A stretch of 64,000 nucleotides of DNA from Myxococcota bacterium (GCA_041288095.1 JBGGMJ010000022.1:1-64000); one strand, 5' to 3'; numbered from the stretch's first letter, positions 1 through 10,904 are shown. A program made the numbers and translations. Notes: generated from the letters alone by a model not told the origin.

Positions 1-1
1 C

Positions 2-523
2 CCCCGCAACCCCAAGTGCCCGACGTGTCCCGCCCGCGGTGCTTGCCTCGCCGCCGCCCGCGGCGAACAGGACCTCTTTCCCAAGGCGACGCGTGCCACC
101 AAGGTCGAAGCCATGACCATGGCCTTCGGGATTTTCGCTGATGAGAAGGGCACTTACCTCGGTCAACGTCCGTTGGACGGCCTCTGGGCCGGTCTCTGGG
201 AGCCCCCGAGCGCCGCCGGCCCAAGAAGCGACCAGGAACTTTCTCGGATCGTCGGCGACCTCGGAAAGCCGGTCGCCGAGGTGACTCACCAGCTCTCCCA
301 TCGGGCCATCACGGCTCAGGTTTACCGAGTCGAACGGCTGCCCAAGGAGCTGCGCAAGACGCTCACGGCCTGGCCGGACCCCTTCAAAGCGCCCCTTTCC
401 GGCCTCGCTAAGAAGGTTCTGAAGGCAGCCCTAACACAGTGGGACGATGTGGGTGATGTGGGTGTTAAGTCCCCGAGAACAGGCGCGAAAAAGACGCACC
501 GGGTTCGTCGCGTCTCCCGATAA
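2..523 (+). CDS. mutY: A/G-specific adenine glycosylase MutY, C-terminal part (5' truncated by the window)
   Basis: Frame is open from base 2: PRNPKCPTCPARGAC (end of the Fe-S cluster loop motif), then a NUDIX-like C-terminal domain (QRPLDGLWAGLWEPP, VTHQLSH). Confidence 0.85.
   Translation, partial: PRNPKCPTCPARGACLAAARGEQDLFPKATRATKVEAMTMAFGIFADEKGTYLGQRPLDGLWAGLWEPPSAAGPRSDQELSRIVGDLGKPVAEVTHQLSHRAITAQVYRVERLPKELRKTLTAWPDPFKAPLSGLAKKVLKAALTQWDDVGDVGVKSPRTGAKKTHRVRRVSR
496..523 (+). promoter_or_regulatory. Candidate sigma28-like promoter for the 557 ORF
   Basis: GCACC-N15-CCCGATAA; the -10 resembles GCCGATAA, and a similar motif sits at 46908-46935 (minus strand). Confidence 0.35.
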
Positions 524-556
524 TTACGATCGAGCAGAGAACCAAGGACCCCCACC

Positions 557-2422
557 ATGAGTCACACCCGCCGCGCGTCAGCTCCGATCCGAGTGGATCA
601 AGCGGGCGGTGTAGTGACCAGCGCGGTCGACGAGCTCATCGCCGATCCGCAGGCGCAGCTCGAGGCGCAGCGTCTCGAGCAGCCGACGAAGCAGCCCGGC
701 ACGTCCAAGAGCGACGCCATCGTTGCCAAGGACGCTGGTGGCCCGGCGGCCTCTGCCCGCGACATCGTCGCCGAGCGCCTCGAAAACCCGCTCAATGCCG
801 CGCAGCTTATGAACGTGAAGCAGCCGCTCCCCGGCGGCTCGATCCCGCGCGTCATCATCGAGAACGAAATCGCGCGCATGTCCGCGGACGGCTTCAGCGA
901 GACCAGCCAGCGCGACTTCATCAAGGAAGTGAAGAAGCTCGCCAAGCTCAAGTCGCTGACCGGCCTACCGACCAAGATCAAGCGGCAAGAGCTGAGCTCG
1001 GAGCAGAAGCAGGACCTCGCCTGGATCGCCCAGGTGGTTCGCGACTCGACGAGCCACAAGCCGAGGCTCAACCTCGGCGAGCTCTCCGAGTTCTTCGGCG
1101 ATCACGGCTTGCGTTTGCAGTGGTCCGATAAGCACGATTCGGAAAAGCACTTCAGCAGCTTGGATCGCGGCGCCTTCCGGTCACGCCTCAAGGTCATCCT
1201 CGAGGACGTCGCTCATAACGGCGGCAAGATGACCAAGCATCAGCTCGACAGCTTGCTGGGCATGCTGGAGCAGGTCACCGACGTCGCCGACATGAAACAC
1301 GCGCGCTGGATGATCGATGCGCGCGTCATGGCCGGGCAACTCGAGATTCCCGAGTCCATCGAGATCCCCGGCCGTCGCCCCGGCGAGCCATCGCGCACCG
1401 TGCACTTGCGTGAGCGCTTCGACGCCTTCATGGCCGAGCGCCTGCGCGACTCGATCGACGTGCGCCAGCTCGGCTGGGAGGCGCGGGCCCTGCGTAAGGC
1501 CATCCAGGCCGCTCACGACCCGACCAAGTCAGGTGACGGCATCGACCGCGAGGATCTGCTCGCTGCCGTCGACGAGGCGCGCGAGCGCTTCATGCAGAGC
1601 GTCGAGATCGCCGCCGCCGACAAGAATCCCGACCTCCTGCACTACGCCCGCCGCGCTCTCGACCGTGAGCTGGGACGCAAGTGCCACAACGACGCGGGTC
1701 ACGTTTGCCGCCGCGAGCTCCTCGCTTCGATCGACGCCCGGATGGGTGACCGCAGCGACCGCTATAGCAGACGGCGCGAAATCGAAGCCTTGGTCGCCGA
1801 AGGCAAGCTCACCGAGAAGGAAGCGTTCGTCGCCCACGTCGGTGTCACGGTCACGACCACCAACACCGAGTACCGGCAGATCTTGCCGCGCTTCGACGAT
1901 CTGCTCGGGTTGCAAATCTCGTCCATCGTCCTGGCGGCGATGGCGCAGACCAACAAGCTCATCTCCGAGAACATCGGGGGTGGCGACGCCGAGCGCGTGC
2001 GCGAAGAGCAGCAGCGCCTACGTCAAGCCGACGCGCGTTTGCGCGAGCAGCGCTTGTTCGACGCCCGTATCTTCGAAGAAGGCCAGCGCTTGCGCCATCA
2101 CAGCGAACGCGTCGACCGCGCGTCGACTGACCTCCAGCGCGCCCAGACGTCCGCGATCGTGGTCAAGCGCACCGACATCCGTGTCGAAGGCACGCGACGC
2201 GACCAGCAGCACCGCACCGTTTACCGCACCGCCAAGCGCGAGCGCGTCGTCGAGGTCCTGTTCCTCAGCCGTCAGAGCCGTCTGTTCGGCGCGCAGACCG
2301 CCCGCACGGGAGCGTTCGCCTCGCTGACCACCGCGAAGACGCCGGAGCAGGTGAGTCGCGCCCTCGGCCAGGTCAACATGTTCGCCGGCGAAGCCGCCAA
2401 GAACAGCGGCCCAGCGCGCTAG
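557..2422 (+). CDS. Hypothetical protein, 621 aa, helical/charged, no signal peptide
   Basis: Long ORF with high-GC codon usage and AAGGA upstream; no family motif recognised. Confidence 0.75.
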   Translation: MSHTRRASAPIRVDQAGGVVTSAVDELIADPQAQLEAQRLEQPTKQPGTSKSDAIVAKDAGGPAASARDIVAERLENPLNAAQLMNVKQPLPGGSIPRVIIENEIARMSADGFSETSQRDFIKEVKKLAKLKSLTGLPTKIKRQELSSEQKQDLAWIAQVVRDSTSHKPRLNLGELSEFFGDHGLRLQWSDKHDSEKHFSSLDRGAFRSRLKVILEDVAHNGGKMTKHQLDSLLGMLEQVTDVADMKHARWMIDARVMAGQLEIPESIEIPGRRPGEPSRTVHLRERFDAFMAERLRDSIDVRQLGWEARALRKAIQAAHDPTKSGDGIDREDLLAAVDEARERFMQSVEIAAADKNPDLLHYARRALDRELGRKCHNDAGHVCRRELLASIDARMGDRSDRYSRRREIEALVAEGKLTEKEAFVAHVGVTVTTTNTEYRQILPRFDDLLGLQISSIVLAAMAQTNKLISENIGGGDAERVREEQQRLRQADARLREQRLFDARIFEEGQRLRHHSERVDRASTDLQRAQTSAIVVKRTDIRVEGTRRDQQHRTVYRTAKRERVVEVLFLSRQSRLFGAQTARTGAFASLTTAKTPEQVSRALGQVNMFAGEAAKNSGPAR

Positions 2423-2478
2423 GTTTTCCAGGCGGCTTGGTGCTTGCCTTCAGGCGCACGTCGCGCGAAGACGTGGGC

Positions 2479-2754
2479 ATGTCTGAAATCAAAATCGAAC
2501 GCAATCACCAGCTCGGCTCCGCGGAAGCCCGCAAGCGCGTCGACGGCCTCGAGGTGAAGCTCAAGGAGAAGTACGGCGTGACCCTCGAGTGGAAGGGCAA
2601 CGTCGCCAACGTCAAAGGCAGCGGCGTCTCCGGCACGCTGGCCGTCGAGGACGCGAAGGTCGCCGTCAACCTCAAGCTCGGCCTCCTGTTGCGGCCGCTC
2701 GCGGGCAAGATCAAAGAAGGCCTCGAGCACCAGGTCAACAAGGCGCTGGGGTAA
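2479..2754 (+). CDS. Polyhydroxyalkanoic acid system family protein (PHA_gran_rgn-like)
   Basis: MSEIKIERNHQLGSAEARKRV...WKGN...GSGVSGTL...LKLGLLLRPLAGKI fits the family pattern; ATG at 2479 preferred. Confidence 0.75.
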   Translation: MSEIKIERNHQLGSAEARKRVDGLEVKLKEKYGVTLEWKGNVANVKGSGVSGTLAVEDAKVAVNLKLGLLLRPLAGKIKEGLEHQVNKALG

Positions 2755-2789
2755 AGTACGGCGCCCGTTGCGGGCCGTACTTATCTTTT
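2754..2789 (+). terminator. Possible intrinsic terminator after the PHA-system gene
   Basis: AAGTACGGC...GCCGTACTT 9-bp inverted repeat followed by ATCTTTT. Confidence 0.35.
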
Positions 2790-2796
2790 AGGCGCC

Positions 2797-3756
2797 ATGG
2801 GCATTGCCGCGAGAAAGCAGGCGCCGCGCGATCTGTTCGCGGACATCGAGCGCTTGAAGCGCGAGCGCAACGCCGTCGTGCTCGCGCACTACTATCAAGA
2901 GCCCGACATCCAGGATGTCGCCGACGTGCTCGGTGACTCGCTGCAGCTCGCGCGCGAGGCCCAGAAGACCAAGGCCGACGTCATCGTCTTGGCCGGCGTG
3001 CACTTCATGGCCGAGACCGCGAAGATCTTGAACCCGACCAAGCGCGTGCTCATCCCCGACCCCAAAGCAGGGTGTTCTTTGGCGGACGGTTGCCCGCCCG
3101 ACAAGTTCGCGGCGTTCAAGGCCGCACACCCCGGGCACGTGGTCGTCAGCTACGTGAACACGACGGCCGCCATCAAGGCGCTCTCGGACTACTGCTGCAC
3201 GTCGAGCAACGCCAAAGCGGTCATCGAAAGCATCCCGCGCGAGACACCGATCATCTTCGGCCCGGACAAGAACCTCGGCCGCTGGCTCATGGGTGTGACC
3301 GGCCGCGAGCTCGTCTTGTGGCCGGGCGCGTGCATCGTCCACGAGACCTTCAACGACCGGCGCATCGTGAAGATGATGGCCGAGCATCCCGAGGCGGAGC
3401 TCATCGCCCACCCCGAGTGCGAGACGCCGGTGTTGCGTCACGCGCATTTCATCGGCTCGACCAGGGCGCTGCTCGAGTATACGCAAAAGCGGACGACCAG
3501 GACCTTCATCGTCGCCACCGAGAACGGCATTCTGCACACCATGCAGAAGGCCTCGCCGAGCAAGGTCTTCATCCCCGCCGCGCCCGTCGACAGCCGCGAC
3601 CCGACGTGCGGCTGCAGCACCTGCCCGTTCATGAAGATGAACACGCTCGAAAAGGTGCACGACTGCCTAGACCGCATGGCGCCCGAGATCGTCATGGACG
3701 AAGAGCTGCGCCGCGCCGCGCTCCTACCGATCGAGCGGATGGTCGCGATCGGTTAG
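2797..3756 (+). CDS. nadA: Quinolinate synthase
   Basis: [40 protein letters not shown] and CPFMKMNTL motifs. Confidence 0.95.
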   Translation: MGIAARKQAPRDLFADIERLKRERNAVVLAHYYQEPDIQDVADVLGDSLQLAREAQKTKADVIVLAGVHFMAETAKILNPTKRVLIPDPKAGCSLADGCPPDKFAAFKAAHPGHVVVSYVNTTAAIKALSDYCCTSSNAKAVIESIPRETPIIFGPDKNLGRWLMGVTGRELVLWPGACIVHETFNDRRIVKMMAEHPEAELIAHPECETPVLRHAHFIGSTRALLEYTQKRTTRTFIVATENGILHTMQKASPSKVFIPAAPVDSRDPTCGCSTCPFMKMNTLEKVHDCLDRMAPEIVMDEELRRAALLPIERMVAIG

Positions 3757-5048
3757 GTAATGCGGCGCTCGAGCGCCGTTAGCCGCGCTTCGCCCGCGGC
3801 GATGTCCTCGCGCGACGCGAAGGCCCGCGACGAAGTCGGCTTGAGCGCATCGGTGCCCGCGAGCATCAGCGGCACGTGCAGCAAGCCCTGCACGAACGCC
3901 CGGTCGCGCTTGTCCTCGGAATAGTCGTCGGCCTCGGTCTCGACCTTCTGCAGCCAGGCGGCGACGACCGGATCGCGAGCCAAGGTCCCGGCGCGCTTCT
4001 GTAGCGGCACGGCCTGTTGATAGCCCTGACGATAGAGGTCGACCAGCGACCAAGCCGAGAGGAGGTTCGCGAGCTCGGCGTCGGCTGCGTCCTTGCCCGC
4101 GAGTGACTCGAGGCCTACCGACAGGGTGTCGCGGACGCGTGTCGTGATGTCGGCGACGTGTGACACTTCGCGCGGCGACTCACCAAAAGCGACGACCGCG
4201 AGGTTGACGAGCTGGAGGAAATCGCGCTCGAGCTGCGCTACCAGCTCTTCGTTACCGACCGCGCCCAAGGCACGCGAGAGCAGGGAACGATCGAGGAGCG
4301 GCGCCGCGTAGAGCGCGGGAAGAGTCTGCACCGCGTCGTGGGCCGTGATGCGCGGCGGGCGGGGTTGCGTCGGCGGCGGCGCGAACAGCGCCAGCGCTTC
4401 GCCGCGAGCGGGGAAGCCCATGTCCTCGACGCGTCCGGAGCGGAAGCGGTAGGCGTCCTCGAGCAGCGTGCTCGCCAACTCCCAGCGGGCGGCGACCAGC
4501 GACTTGTATGCTTCCTCGAGGTCTTGCCGGTACAGGGCATCGACCAGCACCAGCGGATCGAGCTCGCCTTCGTAGCCGGGCTTCACGTCGATGACGAACA
4601 AGCGGTCGGGCGTGTTGAACCGGCGCGCGTCCCTCGCGGGCTCCGGTACCGGGTCGTCACCCTCGGCTTCGTAGACGTGCATCGTCTCGGCGAGGAACCA
4701 GACCTGTAGCTCCTGGTCGAGCGAGGTGAAGGCCGAAGCAAGCGCTTCCATCCCGTCCGCCGCGAAAGCGGAGAGCCAGGCATCGAGCTCGACGGGATCG
4801 GGCTGATCGCCGTGCCAACAATCGAGATCGACGAAGGCCTGCAGCTGATCGGCCGTGGCGGCGCGCAGGATCGGCAGCGCCGATTCGAGGCCGACTTCCT
4901 TGACGATGAAATACGCCTCGAGCGGGTCGAGCGCCTGCACCTGCTCGCGCAGGTCCGGAGCTTCCATCAGCTTGTCTGCCCGCCGCGATAGCGAACGCGC
5001 GAGATCGGCGCGGAAGCGTGTCAACGTGATGACGTTGATTTCACTCAT
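3753..5048 (-). CDS. Conserved hypothetical protein (DUF6178-like)
   Basis: 431-aa ORF with [11 protein letters not shown] and [19 protein letters not shown] segments typical of this deltaproteobacterial/myxobacterial family. Confidence 0.65.
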   Translation of the reverse strand: MSEINVITLTRFRADLARSLSRRADKLMEAPDLREQVQALDPLEAYFIVKEVGLESALPILRAATADQLQAFVDLDCWHGDQPDPVELDAWLSAFAADGMEALASAFTSLDQELQVWFLAETMHVYEAEGDDPVPEPARDARRFNTPDRLFVIDVKPGYEGELDPLVLVDALYRQDLEEAYKSLVAARWELASTLLEDAYRFRSGRVEDMGFPARGEALALFAPPPTQPRPPRITAHDAVQTLPALYAAPLLDRSLLSRALGAVGNEELVAQLERDFLQLVNLAVVAFGESPREVSHVADITTRVRDTLSVGLESLAGKDAADAELANLLSAWSLVDLYRQGYQQAVPLQKRAGTLARDPVVAAWLQKVETEADDYSEDKRDRAFVQGLLHVPLMLAGTDALKPTSSRAFASREDIAAGEARLTALERRIT

Positions 5049-5051
5049 GTG

Positions 5052-5927
5052 TCAGTTGTTCGCATTGTCGCGCCGCTGCAAGACACCTACGAGCTCATTG
5101 GAGAGAGCGTGGACGTCGTCTTCTTCGGCGGGCTCACCGGCGCTCTCGGGGGTCGAGGCGGCCTGGGCTTCCGGCGGCTTCTCGGCGGGCGCACGCGGCG
5201 CCGGCGGGGCACTCTCGCCCTTCAGGGCCGCGAGCTCGCTCACCGCGTCGTAGTATTGGCGACCGATGGTGCCGAGCTTGTCGTTCAAGACCTCGACGCG
5301 GCTCTTCGTCACCAGATCGGCGCGGCGATAGTCGTCGACCTTCTTCTTCATGCGGCGCTGCTCGCCCAGAGCGTCACGCAGGTCGGATTCGAGCTTGCCC
5401 AAGCGGGTCGCGAGCTCACCGTTTTCCCTGGTCACGTTTTCGAGCTTGCGAGTCAGCTCGCTGTCCGCCGAAGCGGCCGCCGGCTTATCGGCGCTCGGCT
5501 CTCGGACTTCGGCTATAGGCGCTCCGTCATCCGCCTTCGCCTTCGAGCTCTCGGTCTTCATCGCCCTCGGCTTGTCTTCTTCCACATGCTCGAACGCCGG
5601 CCGCGCGACCAACTGCTTCTCACGCTCCTCGAGCTTCGCCTCGAACGATGACTTCGTCTTCTTGGCGTCTTCCTGGAGCGCGAAATTCTTCTTCTTGAGC
5701 GCGCCGATCTCTTTCTTGATCTCGGTGAGCTCCTCACCGCGCTGGTCGAGGAGCTTGGTGTTCTTCTTCTGTTCGGCCGCGGTGTGCTTGAGTTGCTCTT
5801 GCAGCGCCGCGTTTTCGACCAGGAGCGAGGCGACGCGAGCCGACGAGGCCTTGGCCTTCGACAAGCCTGAAAGCCAGAGAACGAAGGCAATGACGGCCAA
5901 AGCGAGCGCGGCGAAGGCGATTGGCAT
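5052..5927 (-). CDS. Membrane-anchored coiled-coil protein
   Basis: N-terminal hydrophobic helix (MPIAFAALALAVIAFVLWL) followed by long K/E-rich heptad segments; ATG at 5927 preferred. Confidence 0.7.
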   Translation of the reverse strand: MPIAFAALALAVIAFVLWLSGLSKAKASSARVASLLVENAALQEQLKHTAAEQKKNTKLLDQRGEELTEIKKEIGALKKKNFALQEDAKKTKSSFEAKLEEREKQLVARPAFEHVEEDKPRAMKTESSKAKADDGAPIAEVREPSADKPAAASADSELTRKLENVTRENGELATRLGKLESDLRDALGEQRRMKKKVDDYRRADLVTKSRVEVLNDKLGTIGRQYYDAVSELAALKGESAPPAPRAPAEKPPEAQAASTPESAGEPAEEDDVHALSNELVGVLQRRDNANN

Positions 5928-6017
5928 AAGGCGCGGGTTCTGCCGCTCGCCACTATCCCTGTCAAGACGAGGGGCCGTTTTGCGGCGCCGCAAGCTTGAT
6001 ATACAACGGCGCTACGC

Positions 6018-8270
6018 TTGGAAGTCTTTGGCCGCTACCGTCTTCTCGATCGTGTCGCCGTCGGCGGCATGGCCGAGGTGTTCCTGGCGCGCACCTCGAG
6101 CATCGACGGCTTCGACAAAGACCTCGTCATCAAGCGCATCCGCCCGGAGCTGACCCGCGACGAGACCTTCGTCTCCATGTTCATCGACGAAGCCCGTGTC
6201 TCCATCGCCCTGTCGCATCCCAACGTCGTGCAGGTCTTCGACTTCGGCTCCGTCCCGACCGACGACGGTAACAGCTACTACCTGGCGATGGAGTTCGTGC
6301 GCGGCTGCGACCTCGGTGCGCTGCTGCAGCTCGACGAGTTCGACGCCAAGGGCCTGCCGCCAGAGGTGGCGCTCTATTGCGTTGGTCAGATGTGCCGCGG
6401 CCTCGACTACGCGCACAACCTTAAGGGCCGGCACGGCGAGCCGTTGCAGGTGATTCACCGCGACATCAGCCCCCGCAACGTCCTCTTGAGCTTCGACGGT
6501 GGCGTGAAAATCGCCGACTTCGGCATCGCCAAGGCCAAGAACCGCATCAGCCAAACCCAGCCCGGCATGGTGCTCGGCAAGCTCGTCTACATGGCACCCG
6601 AGCACGCGACCGGCTTGGAAATCGACGCGCGCGCCGACGTCTTCTCGACCGGCGCCGTACTCTGGGAGCTGCTCACCGGCCATCAGCTCTACGGCGGGCA
6701 GCTCACACCCGAAGCCATGAATCGCATCCGCATCGCCGATGTCGAGCGGCCCTCGGTCTACACCAAGCGCATCGGACGCAAGCTCGACGCGCTGGTGATG
6801 AAGGCCCTGGCGCGGGACTCGGACGAGCGCTTCCTGTCGGCGCGTGAGTTGGGCGTCGCTATCTCGGAGCTCCTCGTCAAAGAGTACCGCTCGTTCAGCG
6901 ACTATGACCTCCAGGCCTTCCTCGACGAGCGCAAGCACCTCCTGCCGTCGCACAGCTTCGAAGCCTTCTCCGACGAGCCGGCGGCACCGCCGGCGCCCGA
7001 GCCGGCCGTCGTGCTGCTCGAGCAGGTAAAGCAACCCCTCGTAAGGTCGGGCACGAGCCTCGCCTATCCCGATCCAGCGCATGCCCAGGCGAGTCATGCC
7101 TTCTCGTGGAGCCCGGACTTCGTCGACGCGGTCGAGCAGTTTCGCGAGCGGCCGAGCATCTGGGCCCTCGTGCACATGGCCGACCTTTGCCGGCACGAAG
7201 GCCAGAACGACGCCGCGCTCGCCATCTATCGCATCGCCGCGCTTACGTTCGCGCAGCACGGGCTGCTTACCCAAGCGATGCTCTGTTGCCGCGGCGCCCT
7301 CGAGAGTCGGCGCGACGAGACGACTCGCGCGATGATCACGCTCGTGCCGCGCTGCGCGTTCGCTTCAGCGGATACGATGCGCAGCGTCTTGTTCGCGAGT
7401 AGCGGCCCCGTCGAAAGTCTGATGACCGAGCTCCTCGATCTCGCGCCGGTTCGCATCGGCCGCGCCGAGAGCCCGACCAAGCTCCTCACCGAGCTGTCGT
7501 CGAACGGCTTCGCGACGTTGGTGGAGCGCGCCGAGCTACGTCATGTCGGCGAGGGCGAGCTCATCGTCCGCCAGGGCGACATCGGCCGCGAGCTCTTCCT
7601 GATCGCCAACGGCCGCGCGCTCGTGCACGCCACCAAGCCCAATGGAGAGCGCGTCTACATCGCGTCGCTCACCAGCGGTGATTTCTTCGGCGAGAATGGC
7701 TTTTTCACCGGCTCACCGCGCACCGCCTCCGTCGAGGCGCTCTATCCAGCGCAGGTCTTCGTCATCACCCAAGAGCTGTACGCGAAAGCGGTCGCCGACA
7801 ACGCCAGGGCGGACGCGACCCTCCTTGCTTTCTACAAGGAGCGGGTCGTCGACGCGGTGCTCGCGACCTCCCAGGTCTTCGGCTTGCTGCCGCACAGCTC
7901 GCGGCGGGCCATGATCGAGCTCTTCCGCCTGCGCACCTTCGTCGCCGGCTCGATGGTGCTGCGCGAGGGGGAGCCCTCGGACGACATTTACGTCATCAAG
8001 AACGGCGAGGCCGAGGTCTTCACCGCCCACAACGGCGCCCGTACGAGCCTGTCGACCCTCGGCCCGGGTACCTTGTTCGGGGAAGTCGCGGCGCTGCGGG
8101 GCATTCCACGCACCGCGTCGATCGTCGCAAAGAGCGATTTGACCACGTTGGTGCTGTCAAAACGCGATTTCCTGGCAGTCGTCGATGAGCGGCCGGCGGT
8201 GCGGAAGCAGGTCATGGACGTCATCGCCTCGCGGGTTAGGGAAAACCTCGACAAGCTCATGGCACGCTGA
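6018..8270 (+). CDS. Ser/Thr protein kinase with two C-terminal cyclic-nucleotide-binding domains
   Basis: GGMAEV, VIK, HRDISPRN, DFG and YMAPE kinase motifs; two phosphate-binding cassettes, GDFFGE...PRTASV and GTLFGE...PRTASI. Confidence 0.9.
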   Translation: MEVFGRYRLLDRVAVGGMAEVFLARTSSIDGFDKDLVIKRIRPELTRDETFVSMFIDEARVSIALSHPNVVQVFDFGSVPTDDGNSYYLAMEFVRGCDLGALLQLDEFDAKGLPPEVALYCVGQMCRGLDYAHNLKGRHGEPLQVIHRDISPRNVLLSFDGGVKIADFGIAKAKNRISQTQPGMVLGKLVYMAPEHATGLEIDARADVFSTGAVLWELLTGHQLYGGQLTPEAMNRIRIADVERPSVYTKRIGRKLDALVMKALARDSDERFLSARELGVAISELLVKEYRSFSDYDLQAFLDERKHLLPSHSFEAFSDEPAAPPAPEPAVVLLEQVKQPLVRSGTSLAYPDPAHAQASHAFSWSPDFVDAVEQFRERPSIWALVHMADLCRHEGQNDAALAIYRIAALTFAQHGLLTQAMLCCRGALESRRDETTRAMITLVPRCAFASADTMRSVLFASSGPVESLMTELLDLAPVRIGRAESPTKLLTELSSNGFATLVERAELRHVGEGELIVRQGDIGRELFLIANGRALVHATKPNGERVYIASLTSGDFFGENGFFTGSPRTASVEALYPAQVFVITQELYAKAVADNARADATLLAFYKERVVDAVLATSQVFGLLPHSSRRAMIELFRLRTFVAGSMVLREGEPSDDIYVIKNGEAEVFTAHNGARTSLSTLGPGTLFGEVAALRGIPRTASIVAKSDLTTLVLSKRDFLAVVDERPAVRKQVMDVIASRVRENLDKLMAR

Positions 8271-8287
8271 CAGGCTAGCTGAACAAG

Positions 8288-10795
8288 ATGGCCCGTAAGC
8301 CCAATAGCGCCGATGAAAACGCTCCCGTTCCCGGCGAGCGGCGCGGACAAAGCGGCTTCGAGCCTCACGCGGCCACGACCCAAGAGCTGGCGACGTCGCC
8401 CGTCCCATCGAGTCACGAGGACGAGGAGATGACGACCCATAACGAGCCGCTCGATTCGCTGGAGCCACTCGAGTCCCTCGAGTCGCTCATCGAGAGCTCG
8501 ACGGCGCACGGCGCCAAGGTCGCGCCGGCCGCGGCCAGCATGGACTTCGATTCCACGTCGCACGCGCCGCCGCCGGAGGGTGCGATGGCGGCGATTGTCG
8601 CCGAGCCCACGCCGGTCGACACACCGGTGAGCAACCAGGCGCTCGAAGAGATCGACGATGGGCCGGCCCCCGAGCACACCACCGTCGACGGCGAGCTGCT
8701 CAGCAAGATCGCCGCATCTCCGCGCCGCGAGCAGAGCACCCGTAGCGAACGCGATAGCGCACGCGGTTCCCGCCCAAAGCGGCGCGGCACCGATGTCGAT
8801 CAGGCCATCGCCGCCGCTGCCATCGAGGCCATCACGACCAACGCCGATGCCGAGCCCTTCGACGATCAGAGTAAGAGCCAGAGCGTCAGTGTGAGCAGGG
8901 GTGATGGCCCCGGTAGCACGGTCATCCTCAACGGTGACGAACGGCGCGGTGCCGGCGGCGATCTCGACTCCTCGGCCGTCGGTCGCTTGGGACCCGCTTT
9001 CCCCGAGAACGAGGACGATCAGCCGCGATCATCCGAGATGCCGACGAGCGCTCGTCCGTCCCTCGCACCCGCTTATTCGGGCGACGGACCGCGCAGCGCC
9101 ATGAAGACGCGTGCCGGCGGCGGCGGGCCGGGGCTGGCTCAGGGGCCAGGGTCGGGCTCGATCACCGGCGACGTGCCGACCGCCGACGATGACGGCTGGA
9201 GCGATTTCCAGGAGGCGAGCGACGAGTGGGGTCGCAGCGACAGCGTCTCCGCGGTGAAGCCCAGCTCGCGCCGCTCGGTCTCGGCGCAGAAGATACCGAA
9301 GCGCAAGCGTGAGACCGGCGTTTACGGGCCAAACGAGCGCGAGCATCCCGAGCCCATCGTGCGGCTCATCGTCGTCGCCGCCGAGGACAAGGGACCGATC
9401 GAGATTCACGGCGAAGACGTGACGCTGGGCCGCGAAGCCGACAACCAGGTGGTGCTCAAGGACCCGTCGATCTCGCGCAAGCACGCCCGCCTGACTCGCG
9501 TGGAAGACGGCTGGGACCTCATCGATCTGCACAGCGGCAACGGCACCTACGTCAACGGCAAGCGCATCGAGCGCGCCCTGGTGAAGAACAACGACGAGAT
9601 TCGTCTCGGCAGCGCCACGTTCCGTTTCGCCGACACCAGCGACGGCTTGCGCCCGGTCGATGCCAGCGCCGCGCCCGTGCTCGCCGGCAGCAACCGTGTC
9701 GCCTTCTTCGCGCGGCTCCGTGAGAATCCGCGATTGCGGACAATCGTTTATGGCTCCGCCATCCTGACTTGCGTCTTGCTGGTGGCGCTGGTCGTGATGT
9801 TCTCGAACAACGGCGCGTCGAAGACCCACGCCGAGGTCTTCGAGTACTACTTGCAGGGCGTCGAGGCGTTCAAACAACGTCACTGGGTCTCGGCCGAGGG
9901 GTTCTTCGCCGCGGCGTTGCAGCACGATCGCGATCATCAACGTAGCCGGCGTTATCTCGAGGCCATCGCCGTCGAGAAGCGCGCGGAGCAAGCGTTGCTC
10001 GCCGCCAAGGATCGCTTGAACGCGCAGGACCTCTCGGGCGCCTACGAAAACTCGCTGCAGGCCTCCGATTCGCTGTTTTTCGGGGCCGAGGCGCAGAAAC
10101 TGATCGGCATCGTCGCGCGTGACGCCGACGAGCGCATCAACCGCGCCCGCTCGGCGCTCGCCAATGACGACAAGACGACCGCTAAAGCGTTGCTCGACGG
10201 CCTCGAGTTCTACTCGGCGTATCGATCCGACCTGAACGAGCTGCGCAAGCAAGCTGGGCTGCCGGCGATCGCGGGCAGGTCGGTGAACATCTTGCAGCAG
10301 TTCGACACACCAACGCCGCGCGACGAGCGCAAGCGCCGTGAGAGCGCCGAGCCTCGGGCGGCGGAGACGCGGCCGCGCTCGGCGACCGGCGAAGCCACCG
10401 ACATCCTCGCGGAGGGTCGCATCGACGAGGCCATCTCGAAGTTGCGCGCTCTGGGCGACAACAAGGAGGCGGTCGAGATCATCGACCGCATCGGCAAGTT
10501 CGGGTCGCTCTACGACGAGGGTCTGCAAGAGCTGCGCTTGAAGCGCCAGGAGAACGCCATTCGCCAGCTCACTCAGGCGCTGCAGACGCTCGAGCGGATG
10601 ACCGGGCAGGGTCGTGGCGAGCTCTCCAAGAAGGTCCGCGCCGACCTCGCCGACGCGCTGTACCTACGTGCAGTGGCCCAGTACCAGGCAGGAAGCCTCG
10701 AAGAAGCTGAAAAAACGCTCAAGTTGGCGACTAGCTACAGCGACCGTCATCCGCAGTCAGTGAACCTGCTGACCAAGATCCAGACCGAGCGCTAG
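8288..10795 (+). CDS. FHA-domain bitopic membrane protein with periplasmic TPR-like region
   Basis: Long disordered N-terminus, FHA motifs (LGR...SISRKHA...SGNGTYVNG), one TM helix, helical TPR-like C-terminus. Confidence 0.85.
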   Translation: MARKPNSADENAPVPGERRGQSGFEPHAATTQELATSPVPSSHEDEEMTTHNEPLDSLEPLESLESLIESSTAHGAKVAPAAASMDFDSTSHAPPPEGAMAAIVAEPTPVDTPVSNQALEEIDDGPAPEHTTVDGELLSKIAASPRREQSTRSERDSARGSRPKRRGTDVDQAIAAAAIEAITTNADAEPFDDQSKSQSVSVSRGDGPGSTVILNGDERRGAGGDLDSSAVGRLGPAFPENEDDQPRSSEMPTSARPSLAPAYSGDGPRSAMKTRAGGGGPGLAQGPGSGSITGDVPTADDDGWSDFQEASDEWGRSDSVSAVKPSSRRSVSAQKIPKRKRETGVYGPNEREHPEPIVRLIVVAAEDKGPIEIHGEDVTLGREADNQVVLKDPSISRKHARLTRVEDGWDLIDLHSGNGTYVNGKRIERALVKNNDEIRLGSATFRFADTSDGLRPVDASAAPVLAGSNRVAFFARLRENPRLRTIVYGSAILTCVLLVALVVMFSNNGASKTHAEVFEYYLQGVEAFKQRHWVSAEGFFAAALQHDRDHQRSRRYLEAIAVEKRAEQALLAAKDRLNAQDLSGAYENSLQASDSLFFGAEAQKLIGIVARDADERINRARSALANDDKTTAKALLDGLEFYSAYRSDLNELRKQAGLPAIAGRSVNILQQFDTPTPRDERKRRESAEPRAAETRPRSATGEATDILAEGRIDEAISKLRALGDNKEAVEIIDRIGKFGSLYDEGLQELRLKRQENAIRQLTQALQTLERMTGQGRGELSKKVRADLADALYLRAVAQYQAGSLEEAEKTLKLATSYSDRHPQSVNLLTKIQTER

Positions 10796-10904
10796 GGCGG
10801 TCCGACGGGCGTCTAAGCCGGCTCCGCGCCTGCCATTTTGGCCTCGCGGCCATGATCCTTTGCGTTGATGTTTGTCTGAGGCGCGTGCTAAGGCTCCGCG
10901 CGTC

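Noticed and set aside
445..462. GATGTGGGT tandem duplication near the mutY 3' end
   Set aside because: Only two 9-nt copies, in frame; too short to interpret.
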